From NCBI RefSeq assembly GCF_009914755.1, contig NC_060927.1: a stretch of DNA of 64,000 nt; one strand, written 5' to 3'. The notes beneath the pieces are model-generated. The model was not told the DNA's origin, did no database searches, and saw nothing but the letters and a program-made list of their open reading frames with translations. Shown in pieces: positions 31,886 to 45,650 of the stretch. How positions within the stretch are numbered: position 1 is the first letter of the stretch; each line of letters opens with the position of its first letter. The translations under genes were made by a program, and so were the position numbers. The DNA is from the human T2T-CHM13v2.0 reference genome, Homo sapiens.

Positions 31886-33265
31886 AGATTTTATATCCCA
31901 GTCTTATGATGTTGGTTGGCAAGGCTAGATAAAAAGATGTTAGAATGAAAGAACATATTTTTAGTGATATGTAAATGAAGGATTCTACAATAGTCATATA
32001 TTTTTATATGAATGAATGTTGGGTTGGGCTGGAGAGGTATGTGTGTGTAAATATAAAGGTCTCACATTCAGAGTATAGCTCTGAAATAATGGAACTCATG
32101 TCTACAATTCAACATGCATCTGTATAGTTACATCTCATGTAAATATACACAGACATATTTTGCAGCCAGTAATTGACAGTTAATGTCCAAAACAGGTGAT
32201 TGATAGGTAACAGAAATTAGATAACCACCAATTTTGCCCAAGAGAAAGACTAGAAGGACTAAAAGCAGTTGAATGTATGGTACTGACATTGTCATAAGCA
32301 GTCTGATAACCAGTTTATTGAAACGTGTGCATTAACAGAGAATTTAATTTTAAACCCATAATTTCTCCTATCCATTAAAATATTATAATTGTTAGTAGTA
32401 TGAAACCAACAGGAAATGTTTTTTAATCATTTAGTGAGGTGATTCATTTGTTTCATGGGCAAACACTATCCAGGAAAAGCCTTGCTTGCCTGTTTCCCAA
32501 AGAGCTCTAAGAAATAGAATCAAGTGTAAAATGGTTCAGACCATTCAGGATTTCTTGTCACTCTTCTCAACCCCGATCTTCCTGTTATTACTGATGTTTG
32601 AAACCCTGTCATTAGCCCCGGCCTGGTTAAAGCCCCTCAGAGTCACCTCTCATTCATAGCAATAGAATTCAACCCCAAGTGGTTGATGGTGTCCCCAGCA
32701 CAGCCGAGAGACCTGATCTCTGGATTCAGTGCTTTTAGCTCTTCGAGTTTACCCTAAGATACCTTCGGGCAATATTTTTAACCAACCCAAAAGCTCTTCA
32801 GGTCATTTCTGAAGAGGACAAGGTGAATCTTGGCTTGGAACACCATTTTTGGGCTCTTGCTACTGAATGAATCAGAAAGGAATTTTTTCTGAAGAGCATT
32901 AGAAAGTAAAGGAGATGTTAAAATAAGTTCTTGAAGTATGTTTTATATTTATCTAAAACACTGATTTTAAAAGTTTACATTCAAATGTGTATTCAAAAGA
33001 AGTACTGATTTGTAATTATTATAGTTTGTGTGTATCATCCCTTTTAACCGTGCCTAACAACTGTACTTAAATTTTGTTTTCTAGTGTAACAAATGTTTCC
33101 CATAAGATTTTCTAGAGCCAAATAATGGGAGTGAAAAATTCCTTAAGTGTTATATAAGAAAATATATTAGAAAATCAGCTTTGGATTATACGATTTCTAA
33201 AATATACTAATACAGAATCCTCAGTAATATGTTTTGAATTGGATTTTTTCTCAGAACTGTTACAT

Positions 33266-33271
33266 AATAAA
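33266..33271 (+). terminator. Distal poly(A) signal of TCAIM
   Basis: AATAAA with a U-rich element about 20-35 nt downstream. Confidence 0.75.
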
Positions 33272-34406
33272 TAATACATCAACCAGATAACTGTTTTTTT
33301 CTTGTTACCCAACTGTTATTAGTTTTGGAACTATTGCAGTATAATAGGAAATGAGAAGAAATTGGTACTTGTATATGCCTGTTTGACTTCCTTTCCCACT
33401 CTAACATGAAAGAGAAAATTCTGTCCCACCACTGAAAGCTGGCACAGGAGCAGGCCCCCCTCACTGTTTCTACAAAGTCTCAGGTGAGAAGTGGTCTCCA
33501 AAGGGACCTGAGCTCCAGCTCAGGGCTAGGCCTGTCCCAAGGGAGAAACAGGCCTGCACTCCCCTGCCCAGGCTGTCCTGGCAGGAAGGCATGTGTGTTT
33601 CCCTAGGACAGGTTCTTACCAGGCCCTACTTCCTCCTTTCTCTTAAAGGACTGCACCTCCAGGTGGCCTTCCTGAGCTAATGAGAGGGTAGTGGGCTTTC
33701 AGAAGTGGCCAGGTGGGACAAAAGGGACCAGGGCTGTCTCAAGGGCCAGCTCACCTTTGGCATCTCTTGGGAGTAAGTGTATATCCCAGATAGAGGTCCC
33801 TGGAGTTAACCCCCTCCAGCTCAGGTCACTGTCCCAGCAACCTGATGCCCCTGTGTCCCCCATACTAACTTGACCTCTTTCATGGAGTCTGCCGCCCCAC
33901 CCCCAGCTTCCCTGGAGAATTCTGCCCAGGCTTCCCTGGAGCAAACCAAGCAGATCAAATCAGTTCCATGGAGACTGATGGGCCCCAAGGCTGCAGGCTC
34001 CTCTGTAGGGGACCATGGTCCTGGCAACCTCCCACCCACAGGCCAAGGTATAGGAGCCACAGAGGCATCCAGTGAGGCCTGGCAACTGGCTAACCATGAA
34101 GTGCCCACACTGTTCCAAGACCACACTCCTACCTGTGCCACCTGGCCAAAGACCCCAACCACAGGCCCTCTGACATGGCAAGGTCACAACAGGTCCCATC
34201 CCATGGGTGAAAATCGACCCCGATATGGAGTCCCAGTGGCTGCAGATGTTAAGTGGCCCTGGGTGCAAGACCCACCCCTCACTTGTCCTCAGTCTCCCCA
34301 CCTATAAAAGGAGGCACGAAGGCATGTTCTTAGAGGTTCTTGCCACCCTGAGAAAATCTGTCCCAGGAAGCCAGACAGCTCCCATGGGTGGTCCTTGGCC
34401 AGCCTA

Positions 34407-34734
<328 letters not shown>

Positions 34735-35390
34735 CCCTTTCCCTCATGGGGAACTGTTATGGAGTTTTTTTAGGGAATTTTTTTTCCCTAAGCTGACAGA
34801 TATTACATATCAGGGGACTGAGGCCCAGACTAGGGAAGAGAATTGTCCAAGACCCTTCTGCCTGCTGCAGGCAGGAGAGGTGAGATTAGAATCCAGGTGT
34901 CCCAGGGGCTGGACGGATCTGAGCAGGCAGAAGCACCCCCAGCTCTGGGCAAGCCCACCATGAGGTCAGCACCAGGTCTAGGGTCACCACCACGTGGGAC
35001 CTCAGAGCAGCACTGCTCCATCTGGGAGGAGGATAGGATCACAGCAGAGAAAGACACACAGGGACCCTAGATGTTCCCTGGGTGGCCGGGCGTGTCAGTC
35101 CTGGCACGATGGTAGGAATGAATGAGCCAGCAGCTGAGAGGGCCTAACTTGCTTCTACAGAACTGCTGTGCAGATTGGGTCAGGGCGGCACCTTGCAGCT
35201 CTGCTCCCCACTGCTCCCATGGGAATCCCGGCAGGCCTCGCCCCTCACACCTCCCACCAGCCAAGCTGCTCAGGGAGCCCCATTCTCCCTCTGCTCCAGC
35301 CAGGGGACGGGGCGCCCTGGGACCACAAAGGCCCCTAGGAATGTCATGCTCAGAGGGACGTTTGCACACCTCTGCCCCAAAGTGCCCACC

Positions 35391-35664
<274 letters not shown>

Positions 35665-35834
35665 TCAGATTTTCACCCTCACAATCTTCAAGAGTGGGAG
35701 GCAGTCGGTTTTTCTTTTTCATTTTCTCATTTGTCACTACCACAGGCACTGGCTTAGACCTGTTGGCCGCCTGCATTAGCCAGAGACTTCTAGGTCAGCA
35801 GGACAGCAGAGATGCCTCAGGAGGGGCTGTGTGA

Positions 35835-36218
<384 letters not shown>

Positions 36219-36395
36219 TGAAGTGCAGGATTTTTAAGCCTTGGGGTAAAATTCTCGGTCTTTTCCTTTCTTGTCAGTCATCCAATAAACACTGAGGGAG
36301 CACCTCCTGTATGCAGGCCCTGTCCGGGGCACTGAGGACACAGCAAGGACAAACACGCTGCCCTTGAGGAGCTGACGCCGCAGACTTCCCTCAGT

Positions 36396-37271
<876 letters not shown>

Positions 37272-37327
37272 TAACAATTCTTTAACATAATTTAACAATA
37301 TTTATATTAAACTTCTCATGTTTATAT

Positions 37328-37628
<301 letters not shown>

Positions 37629-37656
37629 TAAACTTCTGTTGAAATCACTGTGTGTT

Positions 37657-37969
<313 letters not shown>

Positions 37970-40900
37970 ATCACTGTGTGTTTCTGTTTTCTGATTGGAC
38001 CCAGACTGATAACAATGATTCAGCAATGCCCCCTGCCATGAGTGGGAGGCCAGGCTTGGCTCCTTCCTAGGCACTCCCCAGCTAGAGGCCTATGTGCCCT
38101 CAGCCTTTGAATTCCTGCTCGCATGTTGCTCATTCATTTAAAATGCAAAATGTAGTGACTGCTGTCATCCTCTGTGCTGAGAGATAGCAGCCTTGCTCCT
38201 CATGACCTTGGCCTTAGCAACCCACCTGTTCCTCAAAGTAAGGTGCATGGGCTCTGCAGCTGACATTTCTCCCCAGTCGGGGTAACCCCGATGTGTTCCA
38301 GAGGGAAGAGTTGCTACAGTCGTGTGCTCTGGATGGCTGGGGCCTCACTGTGTGTCCAACCCAGCTATAAACTGGCAGGTGGGGAACACTTGTGGCCTGG
38401 CTGCTGAAAGGAGGGTGTCTGTGGTGTGTGAGCTCTGCTGTGAAGTCGAAGGAGGTGATGGGCATACATGTGGAATGGAGCCAGCGGCCGTTAGGAACTG
38501 GGCCCTGCCATTCTCACCCAAGTGGCCCACTGTCCCTGGAGTGACCCTCGCGTGCTCTGCTCTGAGTGTGTCTCCCAGTCCCTTCTCAGTCAGAAGCAAT
38601 GCACAGTCACGTTCTCCAGCCCACGGTAATGTCTGGCTCCACATGATTCGAGGCACAGCTTATCTGGCTACCCCCTCATCTCCCATTGTGCAACCTCAGG
38701 GCAGGGCCCATGTCCCATCCCAAGACCGCCTCACCAGGCCCCCTTGTCTCTCACCAGCCAAAGTCCAAAGTGAGTCCAGGGAGGTGTCCTAGCCCCTCCC
38801 CCATGCGGGGAACAGGAGATGGCACAGGCACTGGGCACAGGGAGGAGCTGCCCCCACCGAGTAGTCTCCTTAGGTCAGAGCAGCAGGTAGCTCCCCATTT
38901 ATGAGGGTCAGGGAAAGACCCACTCACTCTCTCCAGATGGCTCTTAACCAGAGGGCCAGGCAGGGGGGCTTTGAGGGCTGGGCTCCAGACACCTTGCCTC
39001 CCCATGCTGAGCCCACAGAGACTCTCAGCAGCAGAGGGAGAGAGAAGCAATGGCTCTCTTGGGCAGGTGGTCTCAGCACCACAGGGCTGCGCACAGCAAG
39101 CCCCCAGCCTTAGGAATCTGTTTCCCTCCTGAGCCAGGGCTGGGCTCCCCTTATGTACACCTCATTCCATGGAGTCTTTGCTGCAGCCTCCAGGGTGGGC
39201 ACAGAGGGGGGACCACCGACCTATCCCCATCTTCAGCTTAGCTTGCCAGGAAGTGAAGAAGCCAGGCCCCAAATCAAGGCCTATTGGCTCCAGAACTCAA
39301 TGCTCTGCTCACTAACGTCTGTACACCCAGCACGGCCCCAGGCAGGGAGGTCACCACAGGATGGAGGCCACATGTTCAAGGAAACCACGCAGAGGGCCCT
39401 GTGTACCAGACTGGCAAGGCGACGTCGCACGTATGACAGGGACCGGGCCGAGCCAGGGTTGTGTGCGCTTCCCACATCCCTCAAACCCAGGGCCAGGGAT
39501 CACTGCAAGAGGAGCCAGCCAGGGCCATCTGGTGTGTCCCAACCCAGGGCCCTCCCCACTGCCTGATCTGTAGGGCCAGCCCATCCAGGCCTGGGGCTCA
39601 CTAGGGACCTCTGCCCCAGGCCATCACCCGGGATGGCTGGAACTCTCTGTTCTGACCAGAACCACTTCCTTGGGGAAAGGCGAGCTCAGCAGTGGGACAG
39701 CAGAGAACTTGGATGTCCATGAAGCCATCTTCCCCCAACAGTCTGAGGTTAGAATGTCCTTCATCCTGAATGGTTGACCAGCTGCCCTAATATTGGCTTA
39801 AGCCAAAGTAGACAAGGCAGACAAGACAAGACAAGGCTTAAGCAAAGTAGACAAGTGGTAAGACAGAAAGAACTTTCTGGCTACCGGAGGCCTCATCAGA
39901 GTCAGAATATGGTAATCCCATCACTCGGGAGGCAAATAAGTCACCATAGAGCATCTCAGGGCCTCGACGGCCACCCAGCAGGGCACATGAGGATGTCTCT
40001 GGCCTTATTTTTCCAGCATGTAGTAGGTTCTCAGTAAACATGTGAGACAGGTTCATATGATCAGTGTGCCTGAGGGCTGTGACAGGCTCCTGAAGGCCAC
40101 TTGCCCTTGTCCGTGAGGTTGGTATCCAAGTGACCCAAGTTCATGGGTTCCCCTCCCCCTACTCCTGGACCTCCATCCATGTAGGTCACCGATGGGGACA
40201 TGCAGGTCCAGGGAGCATGGCTCAGCATCAGGCCATCACTAAAGCAAACTCCAGCCCACAGGGACCTGGCACAGGGTAGGAATAGGGGCCCTGCGGGTCA
40301 AAGGGAGTCATGCCCTCTGGAGGGCCTTAACATCCTTTGTTGAGGACCCTCTGAATGTCTTCTCTTGGCTTGGTCCAGCAGACATTGGAAACCTCACTGG
40401 GGAAGGTTCATGGGAGGGTCACGGGTACCTTCAATTTCTAGCAGAGAACCCGGAAGTAAGTTTCCCTGCCCTGCTGAGTTCATTTTCGGGGGGCAAGACC
40501 CAGTTCCAAGCTGAGGGTGCTGATAGTCCTTAGGGTTAGCCCCTTAGGGGTTCCTGGCCCACTGTCCTGGTGCCCCTCCCTGGCCACCACCAGGCACCTG
40601 AACACTAGCTTCCCAGCAAAGCCCCCACCCACAGCAAAGACCACTCCGAGGCCTGCCCACCATAGGCCACAAGTGTTTGGAGGACAGGGACCAGATCAGG
40701 TTCCAGCCGCACCAATATTTTCCTCCACCAGAGCCCCAATGTCAAAGGAGCTGCTGGAGGGCCTGTTCAAGAAGAGTGTAGTGACAGAAGCCAAGGAGAC
40801 TGTCACCACCCCTCTCCATCCTGCTCCCTGCCCATCACTCCAGGCCTCCATGTCAACTCTGTCCCAGCTTCCCGCCCTCTCTCCCCCACTCTATCTACCT

Positions 40901-41959
40901 GCGCAGATGGCCTGTCCCTGCAGATATCTACACCATCTCAGCCCTTGAGCGCTCCCCTGCCCACCCTTCACACTTTCAGAACTGCACCCCCTGCTCAAAC
41001 ACCTTCTGTGGCTCCCCAGGACGGAAGAAACAGTCGCAGCTCCTCAATGGGTCTCTTAAAAGCTGCCCACTCCCACCTCACCTCTTCCTGCCCATATCTG
41101 CGGCTGGACCTGCTGGGCCAGCCAGCGCCATGACCTGCTCCGTTTCAGCTTCCAGCCTCCATAGCTTTGCTCAAGCTGTTCCTGCCCTCCAGGATGCCCT
41201 CCCCATGCCTCAGGACCCAGTGGCTCCTCCTGTGCCCCACCTCGGCCCTCAGAGCCAGGCACACAAACTCTGCAACTGCATTGCACGGAGCTCTGACCCA
41301 GGGGGACTTGTCCTTGACTCCAGGCCTGCAAAGAAAAGCAAGAGGGAGCATTTCACATGGGAGAAGCCACTTGAGTGGCTGGGGGAGAGGCACAGAGCTG
41401 GGAAAGAGCAGATGTGAGAGCAGGCCTTGAGTCAGAAGGCACTAGAGATGGTGAGGGAGCAGATAAGGTGGCTGGGGGCAGAGGACTGGGTCTCTCCCTG
41501 AATGCCCCGTCCTTTAGCCACACCTGAAGACACATACCCAGCAGCTGGGGGAGGAAGGGGAGGACAGCGCCTGGATGCCCCTGGACAGGAGGGTGCTTGG
41601 CTCAGGCCACTCCCAGTCCTGGTAGGAGTGTGTGGTCAGTAGGACCCTGTAGCCATCTGCAGCCTGGGAGGCCCTAGCAGGGCTTGCCCAGACTCTGCTT
41701 GCATGCCTGCAGTGATGGATCGCTCACTCACTTACCAGGCAGCTCACAAGGTGGGGTGCAGCTCTGAACAAGCAAAACCTCTTCCGAATGGAACTGAAAT
41801 CTGCCCCTGGGGCTCCCCATTGAGCTCCCCACTGACCCCACGGTCCCTGTGGGATAGCCCCTGCTAGACCCTGTGTCTCCTCCTCCAGACCTTGCAGTCT
41901 CAGGACACTCAGCTCTTCTCCAGGAATCACCTCCTTGGTGCACAACCCTCAGATGACCT

Positions 41960-42305
41960 TGATATGGTTTGGCTGTGTCCTCACCCAAATCTCATCTTGA
42001 ATTGTCGCTCCCATAATCCCCATGTGTTGTGGGAGGGACCTGGTGGGAGATAATTGCCTCACGGGAGTGGTTTCCCCATATTGTAGTGAATAAGTCTCAC
42101 AAGATCTGATGGTTTTATAAGGGGTTTCCCTTTTCATTTGGCTCTCATTCTCTCTTTGCCTGCCGCCATGTAAGGTGTGCCTTTCCCCTTCCCCCATGAT
42201 TGTGAGGCCTCCCCAGTCACGTGGAACTGTGAGTCCATTAAACATCTTTTAAATTACCCAGTCTTGGGTATGTCTTTATCAGCAGTGTGAAAACAGACTA
42301 ATACA
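41960..42305 (+). mobile_element. THE1-family (THE1B/C-like) solo LTR
   Basis: TGATATGGTTTGGCTGTGTCC...AGACTAATACA; 5-bp TSD GACCT. Confidence 0.9.
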
Positions 42306-42804
42306 GACCTGGAACCCCCTCACCCTTCCCTCATCTCTGCCCCAAACAGGCCACCACCCCTTGACACAAATTCTGCGTGGGAGACATGAAAACCTGAGAT
42401 TTGGGCTTTACTCAAAACATCACCCTATCAGAGCCACAGTGCAGCAAGTTCAGCTCACCTGAGTGGGATCTCAGAACAAACCCCCAGGAGCAAGTCAGCT
42501 GAATGCATGGCCTGGGCACCCTCCCTGCCCAGGCCTGACAGCTTTTGTCTCTATGGTCTGTGATCCCCAAGGACACTCGACTCCCAAGATCCCCCCAATT
42601 CCCACTCCTGCCACTGGGGGCAGAATGTGAATTCCATGACCAAATAGCCCCTCTCCTCACAGTTGTGTTTCTAGAGTCTCTCCACCTCTGACCCTCCATC
42701 TCCTCATCTTTCAGGGAGTGGAAGAATGCGATCACCCACAGATCCCTACTCATCCCACTTCCATCCCCCCTACCCTTTCCCTACCACACACACAAACATA
42801 TCCT

Positions 42805-44595
42805 GGCCTGGGGTGAAGTTGCTGATTTTATTAACTGCAAGGCCCCCGTCATCCAACACAGGGCACCAAGCCCACGTGAGGGGGCCCACACCCACTGTCG
42901 GTTGCCTTTCTGGATTAGAGACTCTGAGAGCTCAAAGTGATAACTGTCTTGGAAATGGGCAACAAGGCCAACTTTGATAGGAAACTGCTGCCCAGGTTTT
43001 TTCATACATCCACTGTCAGCAGAAGTGGCCCTGCCAGGCCACAGGGCAGAGCACGGTGGCTCGTCCAGGGGATTTGTTGCCCTGGAGATTCTGCTGGTGT
43101 ACATTGAGCCCTGATCCCCACCCCAGCATGAACTCAGATTCCTGCTGCAGGCTGGGCTTGTATCTCTCTGGGCATCTCTATGACACTGGCTGGGGCTCTT
43201 GTGGGTTGGAGGAGCATGAGGCTTAAGAGCCCATGCTGGGTTAGGATTGGAGGCCCTGGTCCCAGTCACTCTGCCTGAGAGACCCACAGCCCCTGCCCTA
43301 GCAACCTTTCCCTCCAAGGCCCAGGGCCCAGATGACCTTGCAGGCTCCAGCCCTCCCTCTGCCCTCCAGCCTGGCCTGCTCTCTGTTGTTTGCTGGCCGT
43401 GTTGCCATGCACAAGTGGATGTCCTAGAGCACCTCATGAGTGCCCACCAGCAGTGACACCAAGGACTTCATCAAGGCCACCCTGCAAGGGGCACAGGGAG
43501 TGCACACCAGTCCTCCCGCCCACCCTGTGGAGCTGATGGGCCCTGCCCTCTCCCACCCTCAGAAGCAGCCAGGCCCTCGGGATCAGCTGACCCCAGCCTG
43601 GGGCTGACTTCCATGCTACCTCTTGTTCCCAGTGTTTGTCATAGCCTGTAGGTTGAGCAGGCTTGACAGACTGGCTTGCTCACTCCCATATTGTGCAGGG
43701 AGGGAAACTGAGGCCAAGGTAGGCAGAATCCTGCCGACGTCACAGGACGTAGTGGCCGCAGATTTGAGGTTGGATCCCAGGCCCATGCCCCCAGCTCAGA
43801 GAACTCTCAGAAGGGTCAGGGTCCACCATGGGCCCATTTCCTGGAATAACATAGAAGCCCTAGTCGGAAAGAGACACGGAGCCACACCCTAACCTTTGAC
43901 CTCTGACCTGCCCCACCTAGGATGAAAGCCTCTGGAGGCCTGGGTCCGGCCAAGAATCAGATGAGACCTGGGAGCCGCCTGGGTGTGATGATTCCAGGGC
44001 TGGGCTGGTGCAGCCTGCTGAGGGGCAGGGGAGGGTGTTTCTCCACCAGGACTCTGTGGTTAGGCACCCATGAGCCGGGAGCACCAGGGTCTCCTCTTTT
44101 AGGTAGCTCTGTTCTTCCTTGCCCTCAGAAGTCCACTTCCTTGGTACCCAGCAACTCAAGCTCCTCGTGGCAGGGCACAGTGCTCCACTGGCAAAGCCGA
44201 GGATGCACTGCAAGGCTGGCTAATGCTCAGCGATGCCGGCCAGGCTGCACGTCCGATTCTGGCCACACCTACCTGCCGTTGCTCTGCATGCCCCACTCCT
44301 CTCTAGTGTTCCTGATGTACTTGAAGTCCATCCTGATGACGCATTTCACCTGGAGCTGCTCCGGTACAACTTGGAGCCACCTAGCACCTGTTCAGGGACA
44401 CTAGTGGGGCTTCTCCAGCAGCTCCTCCTCAAACCAGGTCACTCTGTGTGCCCAGGCCAGGTCTGTGTCCTTCCCCCAGGATGCACTCCTGTACCCCCGA
44501 GGCTTCCTCCAGCCCTCAACCAGCCTGATCAAGGAGGGCCAGGTCTGTGATGGGGCTGCTTCCCACACTGCCTGAGTCACTCCATGCCTGGAGGG
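42805..44595 (-). pseudogene. Disabled Myb/SANT-like DNA-binding domain (MSANTD-like) gene; exons ~44595-43917 and 43481-~42805
   Basis: Conceptual translation RSASWGKDTDL..WFEEELLEKP..(VPEQV)ARWLQVVPEQLQVKCVIRMDFKYIRNT..GR*VWPE resembles the Myb_DNA-bind_4 pattern; GT-AG intron 43916-43482 joins an open frame; AATAAA 42832-42827 with a downstream GU tract; several stops and indels. Confidence 0.6.
43680..43790 (-). mobile_element. MIR fragment
   Basis: ggaaactgaggcc...gtcacagg...atttgagg motif. Confidence 0.55.
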
Positions 44596-44988
44596 CTGAA
44601 AGGCAGTACCCAGAGAAAGCACAGAGCTGGGGATGGGGGTGACCCTACCTAAAAGTGTGGTGTCCACTGCTAGCTTCCTCCAGCCTCAGGCTGTCTCAAA
44701 AGGGAGCTCCATGCAGGGCCCCAGCCCCTCCCTGCCCTGAGTGCTGTCCTCAAGCCCAGGAGGCCCCAGGCTGTGCCCCAGGGACACTGGGCCTGCAGGT
44801 CCGTCATCCTGGCTTGTTCCCATTCCCACCCAAGGAGGTCTCCTGGCTCTGGCTGGAAACTAAACATATTGCTTTGACACCAATGTCAGAAGCCCAAAGA
44901 ATTAAGAGTAAAATACCAAGATGGCTTGGTATTTTAAAGGAAGGTAAGGGAAGCTCTAGGAAACGTTATGTCAAAATCTAAGTAAAAT

Positions 44989-44994
44989 TTTACT
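44989..44994 (-). terminator. Variant poly(A) signal AGTAAA, probable 3' end of C3orf86
   Basis: AGTAAA on the minus strand about 160 nt past the restored stop; part of a 14-bp palindrome. Confidence 0.5.
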
Positions 44995-45344
44995 GGGTTT
45001 GAAAGCACTGGGCATGTTCCTGTGAGACCCCTGGGGTGAGTCCTGTGCTTCCAGGGAAGGTAGATGGGGCCAGGCAGATGCGGCCAGCAGAGCCTGGCCA
45101 CGGGTGGCTCAGGAAGGTGCTTAAAGAGTGTAGCCAGACAAATTTTCTTAAGATTCAAAAGGAAAACCAGTTATTCCCAGTAAGGACATTGTTCAGCTTG
45201 CAGGTGAAGGCCCAGGGTGCAGAAGGGCTGAGAGGAGAGGTCGAGACCGGTGGCTGAAGGGCTGGTCCCAGGGGTCCGAGTATGGGCAGAGTCACTCCTG
45301 GTGATGAGATGGTGACAGGGATTGCTGAGAACGGTGGGGGCTCC

Positions 45345-45650
45345 TCACTCCTCCGGCTTTGGCCTGGCCCAGGTGGGTGCAGATGGGCAGGGGTTTCTTG
45401 AGCCTGAGTCTTTCAGAGAAGGCTTAGATGGAGGTGCAAGGGCAGGCCTCTGTGCAGGCGGGCCCTGGGGACTGCAAGGAGCCTCCTGCACACTCCTGGG
45501 CTGAAATGGGGGCTTCTTTTGTGGGCTCTCAGGAGAAACAGCAGGTGCATCTGCCTTCTGCGGGGGGTAGGTGATTTCTCCGCTTATCTCGTTCACCCAG
45601 AAAAACATGTCTAGAGGTTCCTGTCCCTGTCCAAACTGACCTCTAGACAT
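45345..45650 (-). CDS. C3orf86: C3orf86 101-aa proline-rich ORF (MSRGQFGQGQEPLDMFFWVNEISGEITYP...); probably frameshift-truncated or a pseudogene
   Basis: ATG at 45650, 2 nt after the acceptor cttttctcccttttag (exon starts 45652); TGA at 45347-45345; peptide recalled as C3orf86. Confidence 0.8.
   Translation of the reverse strand: MSRGQFGQGQEPLDMFFWVNEISGEITYPPQKADAPAVSPESPQKKPPFQPRSVQEAPCSPQGPPAQRPALAPPSKPSLKDSGSRNPCPSAPTWARPKPEE

Larger units (their letters stand above)
31522..33290 (+). other. TCAIM: TCAIM 3' UTR (end approximate)
   Basis: AT-rich sequence after the stop codon, ending at AATAAA 33266-33271 followed by a U/GU-rich tract (ctgttttttttcttgtt). Confidence 0.8.

Noticed and set aside
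33870-34307. 145-aa plus-strand ORF
   Set aside because: No recognisable homology or splice context; GC-rich, with equally long ORFs on the opposite strand.
42781-43437. 218-aa minus-strand ORF, the longest in the track
   Set aside because: Out of frame with the spliced pseudo-CDS and runs through the AATAAA site; most likely a chance ORF in a former 3' UTR.
44140-44200. CQWSTVPCHEEL resembling a C-type lectin motif
   Set aside because: No other lectin features nearby; the Myb/SANT reading explains the adjacent sequence better.
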